This document shows positions 22,855 to 33,856 of a DNA stretch of 64,000 nucleotides, piece by piece. Where the stretch lies: the NCBI GenBank assembly GCA_018335795.1, contig JAGXRP010000006.1:22129-86128 (forward strand), written 5' to 3'. Source of the DNA: Desulfobulbaceae bacterium (lineage in GTDB: Bacteria > Bacteroidota > Ignavibacteria > Kapaibacteriales > UBA2268). Position 1 is the first letter of the stretch. Each line of letters begins with the position of its first letter. The notes under the pieces were generated by a model, which saw only the letters and a list, made by a program, of their open reading frames with translations, was not told the DNA's origin and did not search any database. The translations under genes and the position numbers were made by a program.

Positions 22855-24890
22855 TTTCCGCTTTTGTATTGGTTAATGACTTCATCAATTACTTTTTGAT
22901 TAATTTTGACGTTGAATTTCTTGTTTAGTTTTGCTAGCCATTCAGAGTTAAGATTTTTTTGACGAATCTCTTGAATTCTTGGAGCGAAACGGCTTTTAGC
23001 TTCTTCGAATGTCATTTGACGCTGAGGAAATACCTCATTAACTTTTACAATCGAATAACCGCGTTCATTTTGGAACGGCGGAATTAATCCACCTGATTTA
23101 ATATTCATTTCATTTGCCTTTTGGGCAAATAGATTGTTTTGTGTATTTACCACACCCCAATTGCCGTTTTTCTCTCTGTAACCCGCTCTTTGTGTTTCGG
23201 TTGAAGCAATTTGGCCGAAATCTTCACCATTTTTGACCCTATCATAAATTGCTTTAGCATCCTCTTCTTTTATAACATAAATTTCAGAAATATCATAGGA
23301 TAAGTCTGTCATGTATTTGGATTTTGTCGAATCGTAGTATGCACGAGCAAGTGCCAAATCTTCACTATTTAATCTGTCCCATACTTCTAAAGCTTCAACT
23401 TTGAACAGCATTATGCCATCACGAAACTCTTTCATCAATGCAGCAAATTCGGGATAATCTTTCTCAAGATTTTTTGTAGCTTCATCGAATGCAATATTGT
23501 CAACTTTGTAATTTATTGCTTTTCTGATTCCTGCTTCATTCAAAGCAGCGCCTCTCATCGAACCGTCAGTATTTAATATATTTACAAATTCAGCAACACT
23601 TACTTTCATTTTCAAAATCTCATATAAAGTCTTTTTTTGCATATCTTGAGGTATCTTCTTATCCCAATTTTTTTCCATATTTGTCTTGTTAGTATCAAGA
23701 TAATTGAGCATGTCAAACATGACTTCATCATTGAGCTTATATCCGTATGCTAATTTGAGCGAATCCATTAATTTATTTTTATCGGGCGTATAATATAAAG
23801 TTTTGTAAAGTTTTTTCAAACCATCAATTTCAGCCTCCGGTAAAGGTAACATTGAATCTTCGAGATAAATCAAATGATACCCGAAAGCAGTCTTGACCGG
23901 TTCAGAATATTCACCTTTTTTCATTTTATAAACAGCATTTTCAAATTCGGCAACCAATGGCAATTCACTTGCTTGCAAGCCCGTTGAACGCGAGTAGTAA
24001 CCTCCTAAATCTCCACCTTTCTCGGCTGAAGCAATGTCATCGGAATTTTCGAGAACTAATTTGTCGAAGTCTGCACCTTTTTGGAGTAATTTGTAAAGGC
24101 TGTCGGCTTTTTTGCGAGCATCTTCATCAGTACGGTTTTCATTGACAGTGACTAAAAGGTGACGAGGTTTAGTGATAATTCTATCCGCAACATCGTAAAC
24201 CTTGATAAAGAAAAAACCAAAATCTGTTTCGACAGCTTCAGGATAAACTTGTCCTTTGCCTGTTTTGTAGATTGCATTTTCGATTGGGCGTTGCACCTTG
24301 CCTGAAGTGATATAATTTTGGATTAAGCCACCCAAACTGCCTGTTCTTTTATCATCAGAATATGTTTTTGCCAATTCTTCAAAACTTTCACCTGCTTTTA
24401 GTTTTTGTGTCAACAAATCAACTTTCTCTTTTGGAGTCATTGTTTCGGTATCGTCTTCGGGAGTGTGTCTGATAAGGATTATACCTACTTGATATTCCTT
24501 TTTTCGCATCTCAAGGAAGCGTTCTATTGCAGGGTTGACAAGGACATGGTCATAATAAAACGATTCGGCTAATATTTTGCGATTTTGATTGATGTCTGCC
24601 ATAACTGACGAATCTTTTTCAAATCCACGGCTGTATGCATCGGATACTTTGAGTCTGAACCCTATATACAAATTAATGAAATCCATAACACTATCGCGAC
24701 CGATTTCAAAAAATGGTTTATCGCTTCTATTAATACTTTTGCGGTAAGCTTTGTCCAAATCAAAAGCAGTAAGTTTTTCTTTGCCAACCTCGGCAACAAT
24801 TTGACTTTTTAAATATGCTTCATTCGGCGCAGATAGAATGGTTTGGGATGTAATAAAAATCGTAATTGCAAGTAAAAAAGTAAATTTCAT
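22851..24890 (-). CDS. Multi-parvulin-domain peptidyl-prolyl isomerase
   Basis: Signal peptide; repeated F..LA..YSDD, GGDLG and KTAFGYHLI parvulin motifs. Confidence 0.88.
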   Translation of the reverse strand: MKFTFLLAITIFITSQTILSAPNEAYLKSQIVAEVGKEKLTAFDLDKAYRKSINRSDKPFFEIGRDSVMDFINLYIGFRLKVSDAYSRGFEKDSSVMADINQNRKILAESFYYDHVLVNPAIERFLEMRKKEYQVGIILIRHTPEDDTETMTPKEKVDLLTQKLKAGESFEELAKTYSDDKRTGSLGGLIQNYITSGKVQRPIENAIYKTGKGQVYPEAVETDFGFFFIKVYDVADRIITKPRHLLVTVNENRTDEDARKKADSLYKLLQKGADFDKLVLENSDDIASAEKGGDLGGYYSRSTGLQASELPLVAEFENAVYKMKKGEYSEPVKTAFGYHLIYLEDSMLPLPEAEIDGLKKLYKTLYYTPDKNKLMDSLKLAYGYKLNDEVMFDMLNYLDTNKTNMEKNWDKKIPQDMQKKTLYEILKMKVSVAEFVNILNTDGSMRGAALNEAGIRKAINYKVDNIAFDEATKNLEKDYPEFAALMKEFRDGIMLFKVEALEVWDRLNSEDLALARAYYDSTKSKYMTDLSYDISEIYVIKEEDAKAIYDRVKNGEDFGQIASTETQRAGYREKNGNWGVVNTQNNLFAQKANEMNIKSGGLIPPFQNERGYSIVKVNEVFPQRQMTFEEAKSRFAPRIQEIRQKNLNSEWLAKLNKKFNVKINQKVIDEVINQYKSGK

Positions 24891-24982
24891 GATATAAATT
24901 ATGTTAAGTTAAACAAACATATTGACAATAAGACAAAAAAAACAAATTGTTATTTCACATATGACGAATAAAACTAAATTTG

Positions 24983-26344
24983 TTAAACATCGAAACAATC
25001 TACCAAATCGCAAATATTTCCGGCTCCAATTGTCAAGAATACATCGCCCGGCTTAACAATATCGAAAATACTTGCTCGGACTTCGTCCAAAGTTTTAATA
25101 AAATGAACATTGCTCTTCCCGCTTTCAATCAGTCTATTGGCAATCAATTTTCCGGTAACACCTTCGATAGCTTGTTCTCGAGCTGGATAGATTTCGGTAA
25201 TAATCACAACATCAGCATCATCAAAAGATTCGGCAAATTCGCGATACATTGCCTGTGTTCTTGTGAAAGTGTGCGGTTGGAAAGCTACTACAATTCGTCT
25301 GCCATAAGATTTGGCAGCATTTAAAGTCGCCTTCACTTCAGTCGGGTGATGTGCATAATCATCTATGACAAGAACCCCACCGAACTCACCACGAACATCA
25401 AATCTACGATAAACACCGTTGAAAGCTTCGAGTGATTGCTTAATAATTTGGAAATCAATTCCCATTTTGTGTGCAACTGAAATTGCTGCAAGAGCATTTT
25501 TGATATTGTGAATTCCGGGAACCTTGAGATGAATATCGCAAATTATTTTTTCATTGCAAATTAGGTTGAATCGTGCACCACTTTGGCTTTCTACAATATT
25601 TGTAGCACGATAATACGAATCCTCGCCAATTCCAAATGTAACAGATTTGCGTTTCAAATCATCGGAAATTTTTTGTACTCCAACATCATCACTTCCAATC
25701 ACTACAAGCCCATAAAATGGAACTTTGTTGGCGAATTCTGTAAAAGTTTTCCGAATGTCTTCTATATCGGTGTAAATATCAAGATGTTCCGCTTCAATAT
25801 TGTTGATTATAGCAATTGTGGGCTGTAATTGCAAAAAGGACCTGTCGTATTCGTCGGCTTCGACGATTGTCCACTCCCCTTTACCGAGACGAGCATTTGT
25901 GCCACCAAAATCACGCAATCTGCCACCAACGATTACAGTCGGGTCAATACCGGCATTGATAGCTATGAGAGCAATCATTGACGTAGTCGTGGTTTTACCG
26001 TGAGTACCGGCAACAGCAACGCAGTAGTTCAATCTTGATACTTCAGCAAGCATTTCTGCACGTCGAATAATTGGTATACCCAAATCGGAAGCACGAACCG
26101 TTTCCGGATTTGTATATGGATTAACTGCACTTGAATACACAACGACTTCAGCATTATGAATATTTTCAGCATTATGCCCAATAAATACTTTGGCGCCCTT
26201 TGAGCGGAGTTCTCGCACGTTGTCGGATTCGCTCATATCAGAGCCGCTCACAGAAAAGCCTTGTTGCAATAATATTTCTGCGATACCGCTCATGCCAATA
26301 CCGCCAATTCCTACAAAATGAATTCTATTTACGCTTTTAAACAT
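24983..26344 (-). CDS. murC: UDP-N-acetylmuramate--L-alanine ligase
   Basis: HFVGIGGIGMSGIA, GTHGKTTT, EADEYD, DDYAHHPTE, FQPH. Confidence 0.97.
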   Translation of the reverse strand: MFKSVNRIHFVGIGGIGMSGIAEILLQQGFSVSGSDMSESDNVRELRSKGAKVFIGHNAENIHNAEVVVYSSAVNPYTNPETVRASDLGIPIIRRAEMLAEVSRLNYCVAVAGTHGKTTTTSMIALIAINAGIDPTVIVGGRLRDFGGTNARLGKGEWTIVEADEYDRSFLQLQPTIAIINNIEAEHLDIYTDIEDIRKTFTEFANKVPFYGLVVIGSDDVGVQKISDDLKRKSVTFGIGEDSYYRATNIVESQSGARFNLICNEKIICDIHLKVPGIHNIKNALAAISVAHKMGIDFQIIKQSLEAFNGVYRRFDVRGEFGGVLVIDDYAHHPTEVKATLNAAKSYGRRIVVAFQPHTFTRTQAMYREFAESFDDADVVIITEIYPAREQAIEGVTGKLIANRLIESGKSNVHFIKTLDEVRASIFDIVKPGDVFLTIGAGNICDLVDCFDV

Positions 26345-26349
26345 GATTT

Positions 26350-27237
26350 CTAATTTGATTTTTTAATGATTTCTTCAACTTTTTCGATAAAAACGTGCGG
26401 TTTGAGTACGTCATATTCCATGACAAATTTACCAACAAGCTCGCCTTTCGGACTTAAGATGTATAAAATAGGTCGCGTAGAAAATGTCCGTTTGTCCGTA
26501 AACATATTGTCAGAAAGTGGTTGATAAGTTTTCAATGGGTCATTTTCATTTTTGGGGTCAGCTAGAAATTTAAGCTTTTCAAAATCCTTTTTATCGTAAG
26601 ACATTGCAACTGCTACTTCGTAATTATCCATAGCAAATTTAAAATTCGTATCATTGAGCATTAATTCATGAATAAAAAAGTTGTCGTTCAGATAATTGCT
26701 CATCAAAAGCATTACATTTTTGCCACTTTGTTTGGATTGAGATAAAGCATTTTCTAAAATCTGTAATTTGTTAATTTTTAATTTCTCCAAATTCTCGAGC
26801 ATAGAAATAAAATTTTCGTACGAGGTACTTGTGGATACAAATGACAAAATTCTGCTCTGATTATCAGCTACGAAATCAAACCTTGATGTGCTAATCCCAA
26901 AATCTTCTAATAAAGCTGCTTTCTCGTTGTTGTCATCTAAGTTGAATCTGACAGGTATAAATTCTTTTTGCAAATATTCAGTAACTTGTTCGTTATTAAA
27001 CAATGTGGTATATCTCATTTTTGAATTTGCATCCCATCTAGAGTATATATTTACATAAATGAATTTACCGGTTTTTGATGCTTCTGTTTGTGCTTTCTTA
27101 AATGTTAACCATTCAATATCGCTTTTCATTTCCCGAACATAGAAAACAAAGGCTATGATAAACGATATAACAGATATAGATAAAATAATAAGAAAATTTC
27201 GAGCTTTAAGTTGTTTAATCATTTCCGGACCTGTCAA
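26350..27237 (-). CDS. Membrane-anchored tandem thioredoxin-fold protein lacking cysteines
   Basis: N-terminal TM; IEWLTF..A..EA..TGK.IYV.IY..W pattern of DUF255/Thioredoxin_7 present twice, with no CxxC. Confidence 0.55.
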   Translation of the reverse strand: MTGPEMIKQLKARNFLIILSISVISFIIAFVFYVREMKSDIEWLTFKKAQTEASKTGKFIYVNIYSRWDANSKMRYTTLFNNEQVTEYLQKEFIPVRFNLDDNNEKAALLEDFGISTSRFDFVADNQSRILSFVSTSTSYENFISMLENLEKLKINKLQILENALSQSKQSGKNVMLLMSNYLNDNFFIHELMLNDTNFKFAMDNYEVAVAMSYDKKDFEKLKFLADPKNENDPLKTYQPLSDNMFTDKRTFSTRPILYILSPKGELVGKFVMEYDVLKPHVFIEKVEEIIKKSN

Positions 27238-27997
27238 TATTTATTAGACTGAAATGCAAGTAGGATAAAGCACCAAAGAATGTTAATGCAGCAATTCCCC
27301 AAAAGAATTGTTCGACGGGGAAAGAATCCTTCAAACTATAAAAACTTGCAGCATTGGCAAATCCGTTTGGAAAGAAAAATTCATTGAATACTCCTAACAT
27401 TGGCGAATCCCACAAAAAATTCGCAAGAATTCCATTGATGATAGCACTATCAAAAAACATCCAAATTGCAAGCAAAAGCACATTAAAAAATTTGCTCAAG
27501 AAGCATGAAAACCAAATCGAGATACTTATGAAAAGTATTCCCTCCAGATATGCGAAGAACCAAATGGACATGACAGCAAATAAATTAAAATCAATTCCTT
27601 TGGCTGTAAACGAGAACACAACAAGTGGAATAAAACAAAATGCTATGGTAAAGAGCAAAAGTAAAAGTGATGCGTAAATATATTTTGATGCTAGAACTGT
27701 CTGCCTTTCGACAGGTCTTGAAAAAACAGTTCGGAACCAAAAATTGCTGACATCATTTGCAATGATTCCCGGAGTTATGAAGAAAATCGAAAATGGAACC
27801 ACGAATTTCAACACACCACTAAAAACGTCCTTTAAAGCGAAAAAGCCGGCAGCTTCGCTATTGAAAAAGCCAAGCCATGACGGTAACATTGCAACCAAAA
27901 CGCCGAGTATAGTCACAACTGATAGTATTATGATTTTGGGCAGTGTAAAATATCTTGTGAATTCTGCTTTGAGAATTGCAGTTAATTGAGTTTTCAT
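27215..27997 (-). CDS. ABC-2 type exporter permease
   Basis: About six TM helices, SRPVER...LASKY motif; overlaps the ATPase gene. Confidence 0.85.
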   Translation of the reverse strand: MKTQLTAILKAEFTRYFTLPKIIILSVVTILGVLVAMLPSWLGFFNSEAAGFFALKDVFSGVLKFVVPFSIFFITPGIIANDVSNFWFRTVFSRPVERQTVLASKYIYASLLLLLFTIAFCFIPLVVFSFTAKGIDFNLFAVMSIWFFAYLEGILFISISIWFSCFLSKFFNVLLLAIWMFFDSAIINGILANFLWDSPMLGVFNEFFFPNGFANAASFYSLKDSFPVEQFFWGIAALTFFGALSYLHFSLINIDRSGND

Positions 27998-28719
27998 ATA
28001 AATCTCCTTTCGGATTCGTATCTTCTGAATGCTTCTTCTATAAATCCGGGACCTGCTTCAGATGTAAGCACGTTGCCTTTCAGTTCGCCGGAATCAATGA
28101 ATAGAATTCGGTCGGAGACCTTTTCTACTTCGGTCAGATGGTGAGAACTGAATAATATCGTCATGCCTGATTTTTTTTGTTCAGAAATAAAATCCCGCAA
28201 TTCAAAAACAGAGGGCGGGTCAAGTGCTGCAGTAGGTTCATCGAGAACTACTAATTTGGGTTTGCCGATGAACGAAGAAATCAGTTCAACTTTTTGCCTC
28301 ATGCCCTTCGATAAACTAACGAGAGATTTATCTTCGGCTTGGGACAATTTGAAATATTCCAACATAGTATAGATTTGTTCATCATTATTTGGGAATCCTG
28401 CTAAAATCGAATTCAAAACTAAAAAATCGAATGTTTTCATTGTTTTCGAGCGATATTGATTATCGGATTGGAACCCTACAAGTTGTTTGAATCTAAAATC
28501 TTGGTTATCAATACCGAAAACAGATACCGAACCGCTATCAGCATTATCAAATCCCATTATGATTCTGATAAGCGTAGTTTTGCCGGCACCATTGGGACCA
28601 ATAAGCCCAACAACTTCACCCGGATTAATATCTACGTCAAAATCAATCAAAGCACGAGTCGGCATTTTCGACTTTATGTTAAATGTCTTGTTTAATTTAC
28701 TAATTTCAATAGCTTTCAT
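27994..28719 (-). CDS. ABC transporter ATP-binding protein
   Basis: GPNGAGKT, LSKGMRQ, LDEPT, SSH. Confidence 0.95.
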   Translation of the reverse strand: MKAIEISKLNKTFNIKSKMPTRALIDFDVDINPGEVVGLIGPNGAGKTTLIRIIMGFDNADSGSVSVFGIDNQDFRFKQLVGFQSDNQYRSKTMKTFDFLVLNSILAGFPNNDEQIYTMLEYFKLSQAEDKSLVSLSKGMRQKVELISSFIGKPKLVVLDEPTAALDPPSVFELRDFISEQKKSGMTILFSSHHLTEVEKVSDRILFIDSGELKGNVLTSEAGPGFIEEAFRRYESERRFI

Positions 28720-28733
28720 TTCAAAATATGTGT

Positions 28734-29525
28734 TTATGAATAATACTGAGAACGTCGGTCTGCAAAAATATCATTAAATTCGTTAAAAGATTTGTTTCTT
28801 GTCTTGATTGGATCAATTTCAGCTGAAATAACCTCTACCGAATCGGATAGTGCTTTAGCTAAAACACTGCCATTGTATGAATAAATTTGGCTGCTACCGT
28901 TGAATAAAAGTTCCTGTCCGTTCCTATTTTCAATACCAATCCGATTTGCGACGGCTAAATAGACTTTGTTCTCCAAGGCTCTTGCAGGAGTTGCTATATG
29001 CCAAACATTGGTAACCAAATTTGAGGGGCAAACAATTAGGTCTGCACCATTCAATGCTAAAGTTCGAGAAGCTTCGGGGAATCTCCAGTCATAGCATATC
29101 ATTGTGCCAATCTTAATTTCAGGCTCGATACTTTCGATTACAAAAAAGCCTTTGTCGCCTTCGTCGAAAATGAATCTCTCTCTAAAAAACAGATGTGTTT
29201 TACGATATACATTGTTTAATTGTGGGTTTGGTAGTAGTATAGCGGCAGAATTATACAGCTTATCATCACTGATTTCCGGGAAACCGATTACAATAATCTT
29301 TTTTTTCACAATGGCGATGTTTTTCAATTCAATAAAAATTAAGTCATTGACTTCTGAAGCAAATTTTTTGGCTTCATCTCTCGAAACGAAGTCATAACCT
29401 GTAAGACAAAGCTCGGGAAAGACGATAATATCAGATTTGTCATCACTAATAGTATTCAAAATTTTTGAATAGTTTGCTTCTATTTCGCCAAACTTAGGCT
29501 CGAATTGTACTACGGAAATAAACAT
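28734..29525 (-). CDS. Carbon-nitrogen hydrolase (nitrilase superfamily)
   Basis: FPEL, YRKTHLF and ICYDWRFPE give the E-K-C triad; start at MFISV (29525). Confidence 0.92.
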   Translation of the reverse strand: MFISVVQFEPKFGEIEANYSKILNTISDDKSDIIVFPELCLTGYDFVSRDEAKKFASEVNDLIFIELKNIAIVKKKIIVIGFPEISDDKLYNSAAILLPNPQLNNVYRKTHLFFRERFIFDEGDKGFFVIESIEPEIKIGTMICYDWRFPEASRTLALNGADLIVCPSNLVTNVWHIATPARALENKVYLAVANRIGIENRNGQELLFNGSSQIYSYNGSVLAKALSDSVEVISAEIDPIKTRNKSFNEFNDIFADRRSQYYS

Positions 29526-29707
29526 TTTTTGTACTTGTTGTTTGAACAGAAACAAAAATGACAAAAAATAATGAGAGTGCAAAGTCGTTATAAAAAAATG
29601 CTAAAAGTTTATATATTTTTGTGTAATTAAAAAAAAAGTGTTAAATTGTACTTGATAAAGGTGTAATATTTTTTACACACTTTTGAAAAATGGTAAAGAT
29701 TTAAAGT

Positions 29708-29715
29708 TATATTTG
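29708..29715 (+). promoter_or_regulatory. Bacteroidota-type -7 promoter box for the NlpC/P60 gene
   Basis: TATATTTG matches TAnnTTTG, about 60 bp upstream of ATG 29778. Confidence 0.5.
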
Positions 29716-29777
29716 TACATATGTGTTAAACACATTTAAACATAAAAAGTTTCAAAATGAGAATTAAAAGGTGAAAT

Positions 29778-30617
29778 ATGAGATTGAAAGCATTGTTAAA
29801 TAAATCAATTGTCCTGACTACTATTGCATTAATAACATTCATAAGCCTCACTGATGATGCTTCCGCTCGCAAAAGGCGAAAGTATGACCCCAAGAAAACA
29901 CGCGAAGAAGCTATTCAAATTATCCGTTCAAGTTCCGAAAATCTCTGTGAAATCGCAGGACTCGACCCGATTGTCGAACATAGCGATTCATTGCTCCAAA
30001 ACGATTTGATGAACCATGCAGAAGACCTTGATGAAACTACAGAAATCGGTGATTTCGGCGAAGACATTGATGAACTGGAAACTGAAGATGATGTAATTGT
30101 TGATATTGATTCTTTCAAAATGCTTTGGCTTTCGTATATTGACGACCATATTCAATCACCGTACATAGAATCGGGCATCAGAAAAGATGAATTGATGGAT
30201 GAAATCATGGAATGGCTTGGCACTCCTTATAGATTTGGAGGCACAACTACTCGTGCAATTGATTGCTCAGCATTCACTCAAAAAATATTCCTTAGCTCAG
30301 CTAGTATTTTGATACCTAGAGTTGCTCGCGAACAGATTAACATCGGAAGAAAAATCCCCAGAAATCAACTTGAATTCGGCGACATGGTATTTTTCCATAC
30401 TTATTCACGCAGATTTGCCTCGCACGTTGGAATCTACTTAGGTGATAATCTTTTCGCTCATGCAAGTTCAAGATTTGGAGTAACAGTATCATCATTAGAA
30501 TCTTCTTATTACAAGAAGAATTTCATTGGTGGCAGAAGAATTACAGCTAAAGACGTTGCGAATTTGAGCATAAACAAACCCGATGTACTCAACGCAGAAG
30601 TAAACCCAAAAGATTAA
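29778..30617 (+). CDS. NlpC/P60 (C40) cell-wall peptidase
   Basis: Signal peptide; WLGTPYRFGG, IDCSAF, GDMVFF, HVGIY, FAHAS. Confidence 0.93.
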   Translation: MRLKALLNKSIVLTTIALITFISLTDDASARKRRKYDPKKTREEAIQIIRSSSENLCEIAGLDPIVEHSDSLLQNDLMNHAEDLDETTEIGDFGEDIDELETEDDVIVDIDSFKMLWLSYIDDHIQSPYIESGIRKDELMDEIMEWLGTPYRFGGTTTRAIDCSAFTQKIFLSSASILIPRVAREQINIGRKIPRNQLEFGDMVFFHTYSRRFASHVGIYLGDNLFAHASSRFGVTVSSLESSYYKKNFIGGRRITAKDVANLSINKPDVLNAEVNPKD

Positions 30618-31748
30618 TTATCTCACTTTAAATGTTGTAAGAGTTATAATTGCAAGCATCACTGCAATTATGTAGAATCTTGTTACAATCTTTGATTCGT
30701 GCCATCCACTCTTTTCAAAATGATGGTGAATAGGTGCCATCTTAAATAGTCGCTTCCCAACTCCATACTTCTTCTTGGAATATTTGAAATAGCTGACTTG
30801 GATAATTACAGAAAGAGCTTCAGCAAAGAAAATACCGCCAATGATGGGCAACAAGAATTCTTTCTTAATCAAAATCGCAAGTCCACCTATAGCTCCACCA
30901 AGAGCTAAGGAACCTGTATCGCCCATAAAAACTTGCGCCGGATATGAATTATACCACAAAAAGCCAAGTGCCGCACCAACCAAAGCAACCGCAAATACAG
31001 TCAATTCCCCGGTCTCTCTCAAATATACTACATTAAGATATTCAGAAAAACGCACATTCCCGGTGACATATGCTATCAAAGCTAAGACTAAAGCTGCAAT
31101 GCCAACAGTTCCGATGGATAGGCCGTCCAAACCATCAGTCAAATTGACGGCGTTCGATGTGGCGGTAAGAATGAAAATTACCATAGGGATATACATGAAT
31201 TGGAAATTGAAATTAAGGTTCTTTTCAAATGGAACCGTAGTCAGCGTATTATAATTGTGAAAATCTTGCGAGAACCAATCAGGACAAAAGTATATTGCCG
31301 AGCCGAGAATGATGCCTATGGATACCTGCCCAATGATTTTATATCTGCCAATCAAACCTTGGGGATATTTTTTAATCACCTTCAAATAATCATCTATGAA
31401 ACCCACAACACCCAGCCAAATTGTAGTAAGAAGTATCATTATTATAAACATATTTGATAAGTCTGCCCATAGCAATGTCGGAATGATAAGTGCTGAAAGA
31501 ACAATCAATCCACCCATTGTGGGAGTTCCGGCTTTGGTAGAGTGATTGCCGACGTTCCGAAGCTCGTTTTTGGATTGCTCCCCTATCTGATGCTTAGTTA
31601 ATTTTCGCAGTATTATCGGTCCAACGATGAAGCTTATTAATAGGGCTGTTATGGCGGCTAATGCCGAACGAAAAGTGATATATTGGAATAGACCGAATCC
31701 GGGTGGGTCAAAAGTCTTCCAAATCCAATTAAACAAATAATAGAGCAT
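30618..31748 (-). CDS. mraY: Phospho-N-acetylmuramoyl-pentapeptide transferase
   Basis: KAGTPTMGG, DDYLK, NAVNLTDGLDGL, FMGDTGSL, MAPIHHHFE; start at MLYYL. Confidence 0.97.
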   Translation of the reverse strand: MLYYLFNWIWKTFDPPGFGLFQYITFRSALAAITALLISFIVGPIILRKLTKHQIGEQSKNELRNVGNHSTKAGTPTMGGLIVLSALIIPTLLWADLSNMFIIMILLTTIWLGVVGFIDDYLKVIKKYPQGLIGRYKIIGQVSIGIILGSAIYFCPDWFSQDFHNYNTLTTVPFEKNLNFNFQFMYIPMVIFILTATSNAVNLTDGLDGLSIGTVGIAALVLALIAYVTGNVRFSEYLNVVYLRETGELTVFAVALVGAALGFLWYNSYPAQVFMGDTGSLALGGAIGGLAILIKKEFLLPIIGGIFFAEALSVIIQVSYFKYSKKKYGVGKRLFKMAPIHHHFEKSGWHESKIVTRFYIIAVMLAIITLTTFKVR

Positions 31749-31815
31749 TAATTCAGTTTTTAGATTTTGAACAAACACTAATTTAAAAAGAAATTAGCAC
31801 TTATTGATGTGAAAA

Positions 31816-33216
31816 TCAAATAATATTTTTTAAATCTTTGATAACTGTTTCGAGAGTTATGCCACGCGATGCTTTGAAGAGTACAATATCGCCTGCTTTT
31901 AAAGCATCTCTCAGATTGGGCGCAATTTCGCTTTTGTTTGAATGATATACATTTGAATATTTTTGCGAAAGTTCCGAAAACGCTTTTGCAAATTCATCCC
32001 CTGTGAGATATACCAAATCGGCGGATTCTGATGCAAGTTTGAGCATATCCTTATGCTCTTGGTCAGACCATTCACCAAGCTCTCGCATATCTCCAAGAAC
32101 AGCAACTTTTTTACCCGAACCTGAAAATTTGGCAAGTGTTGATAAAGCAATAATCATTGAATCCGGGTTTGCATTGTAGCAATCATTTATTATTTTAATA
32201 TCGGAATGCGTTTCAATCGCCATTCTGCCATAACCATGATAAAGTGGAGCGGTGAAATTTTCCAACGCTTGTTTTATAAATGCTGTCTCAATTCCGAAAT
32301 GTATGCCTACAGCAGTTGCTCCAATTGCGTTATAAGCAGAGCCCAGCCCTATAGTTTGCATATTGACGCTAAATTTATTGTCGTCATGGTCGAAATCAAG
32401 AATTGGCTTCATGTCATTATCAAGTATGATAGAAGCTCTAAGTTCGGCATTTTCGTGTGTGCCAAAAGTCATAAATTTGGACAAAACATGCCCATAATGT
32501 TTCAATCTTTCATCATCAAAATTAACGAAAGCAAAACCATCCGAACGTACCCGTGCAAAAACATAGGTTTCTTCAAGCTCTACTCCGTCCAAATCCAGAA
32601 GGAATTCAAGATGCTCTCGTCCGATATTAGTGACCAAAGCATGAGTTGGGCGAACAATTTCGCCCAGATGGTAGATTTCTCCGGATTGATTGGTGCCGAG
32701 TTCGAGAACTGCAATGTCATATGAATTGTTCAAACTCAATAACATTAGCGGAACACCGAGCATATTGTTGAAGTTCTTGTACGTTCTTAGAACATTAAAT
32801 TTTGTAGCCAATACATCGGCAATCATTTCTTTTGTTGTTGTTTTGCCGTTTGAGCCTGTAATAGCTACAATCGGTATGTCAAATTTAAGTCTATGAAAAG
32901 CAGCTAATTCACCCAATACTTCAATATTATTGTCTGAGACAATAATAGGTCTATTTCCGATTGAAATGTTAAGCTCCTTTATTGAATCTTTTTCGACAAA
33001 ACAAATTCCTGCACCGGCTTCCAATGCACTATCAATCAGGGTATGACTATCAACATTTTCTCCTTTCAAAGATACGAAAGCGTTGCCGGGTTTGACTAAA
33101 CGAGTATCAATAGAAACACCTGTAAACAATTTGGATTCATTCAAATTATGAAATTCAGATTTGTCAAGAATAGCTCTAAGCTCTGTAGTTGTGAAAGATG
33201 CAGTATTTTCTAACAT
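31816..33216 (-). CDS. murF: UDP-MurNAc-tripeptide--D-Ala-D-Ala ligase
   Basis: SIDTR, ITGSNGKTTTKE, DCYNANP, VLGDMRELG, KASRG; true start MLENT at 33216 with GGAG RBS. Confidence 0.95.
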   Translation of the reverse strand: MLENTASFTTTELRAILDKSEFHNLNESKLFTGVSIDTRLVKPGNAFVSLKGENVDSHTLIDSALEAGAGICFVEKDSIKELNISIGNRPIIVSDNNIEVLGELAAFHRLKFDIPIVAITGSNGKTTTKEMIADVLATKFNVLRTYKNFNNMLGVPLMLLSLNNSYDIAVLELGTNQSGEIYHLGEIVRPTHALVTNIGREHLEFLLDLDGVELEETYVFARVRSDGFAFVNFDDERLKHYGHVLSKFMTFGTHENAELRASIILDNDMKPILDFDHDDNKFSVNMQTIGLGSAYNAIGATAVGIHFGIETAFIKQALENFTAPLYHGYGRMAIETHSDIKIINDCYNANPDSMIIALSTLAKFSGSGKKVAVLGDMRELGEWSDQEHKDMLKLASESADLVYLTGDEFAKAFSELSQKYSNVYHSNKSEIAPNLRDALKAGDIVLFKASRGITLETVIKDLKNII

Positions 33217-33289
33217 AATATCTCCATAAATTTTTGGTGAATGACGATTGATAATGTCAATAATTTGTGATTTCTTTGTATTTTTGGAA

Positions 33290-33856
33290 ATGATAAAATA
33301 TACTGAAATTAGCAATCTTGAACGATTTTTCGTTGCCTTATTAGTTACAGGTTTTATGATTTGGTTCGGAGGCACTATTATCCGAACAGCTTTAGCATAC
33401 GATTTATTCGATACAGGTACTATCAGCATCCGACAAGACCTCAGGCAAGACCAAGGAACCGTAGGATACAACATATATTTGTTTGCTCAAGCATCTCTAT
33501 ATACCAATATTGCGTACGCATTCTGTTTAGTTTCCATAATTTTCCTTACAATTCGATTCCGCAAAGTACTTAAGTATCAAGGCTGGCTCTTCATGTCAAT
33601 AGTATTGTTCTTGCTGAATTTACCAATTGAGGCATATTATATTTTCTTAGATTATGCACTTAGTGTTGAAATATTTTTTAATAATGAATTTGTTTACTAT
33701 ACTTCTCCAATATTCAGAAAACTTTTCTTAGTCAGGTTCGAGAATATAGTTCTATCAATTTTGAAGGGAATATCATTTATGTCGGCAATCACGATTATAA
33801 TTTTATGTATATGGCAACCATTACGTAAGGAATATCGTGAAGAACTTGGAAGCTGA
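33290..33856 (+). CDS. Hypothetical membrane protein (about four TM helices)
   Basis: Hydrophobic helices; first gene of a co-oriented overlapping run; start uncertain (33248-33290). Confidence 0.7.
   Translation: MIKYTEISNLERFFVALLVTGFMIWFGGTIIRTALAYDLFDTGTISIRQDLRQDQGTVGYNIYLFAQASLYTNIAYAFCLVSIIFLTIRFRKVLKYQGWLFMSIVLFLLNLPIEAYYIFLDYALSVEIFFNNEFVYYTSPIFRKLFLVRFENIVLSILKGISFMSAITIIILCIWQPLRKEYREELGS

Noticed and set aside
33217..33474. 86-aa N-terminal extension of MurF in the ORF track
   Set aside because: Overlaps the divergent membrane-protein gene; a GGAG RBS supports the start at 33216
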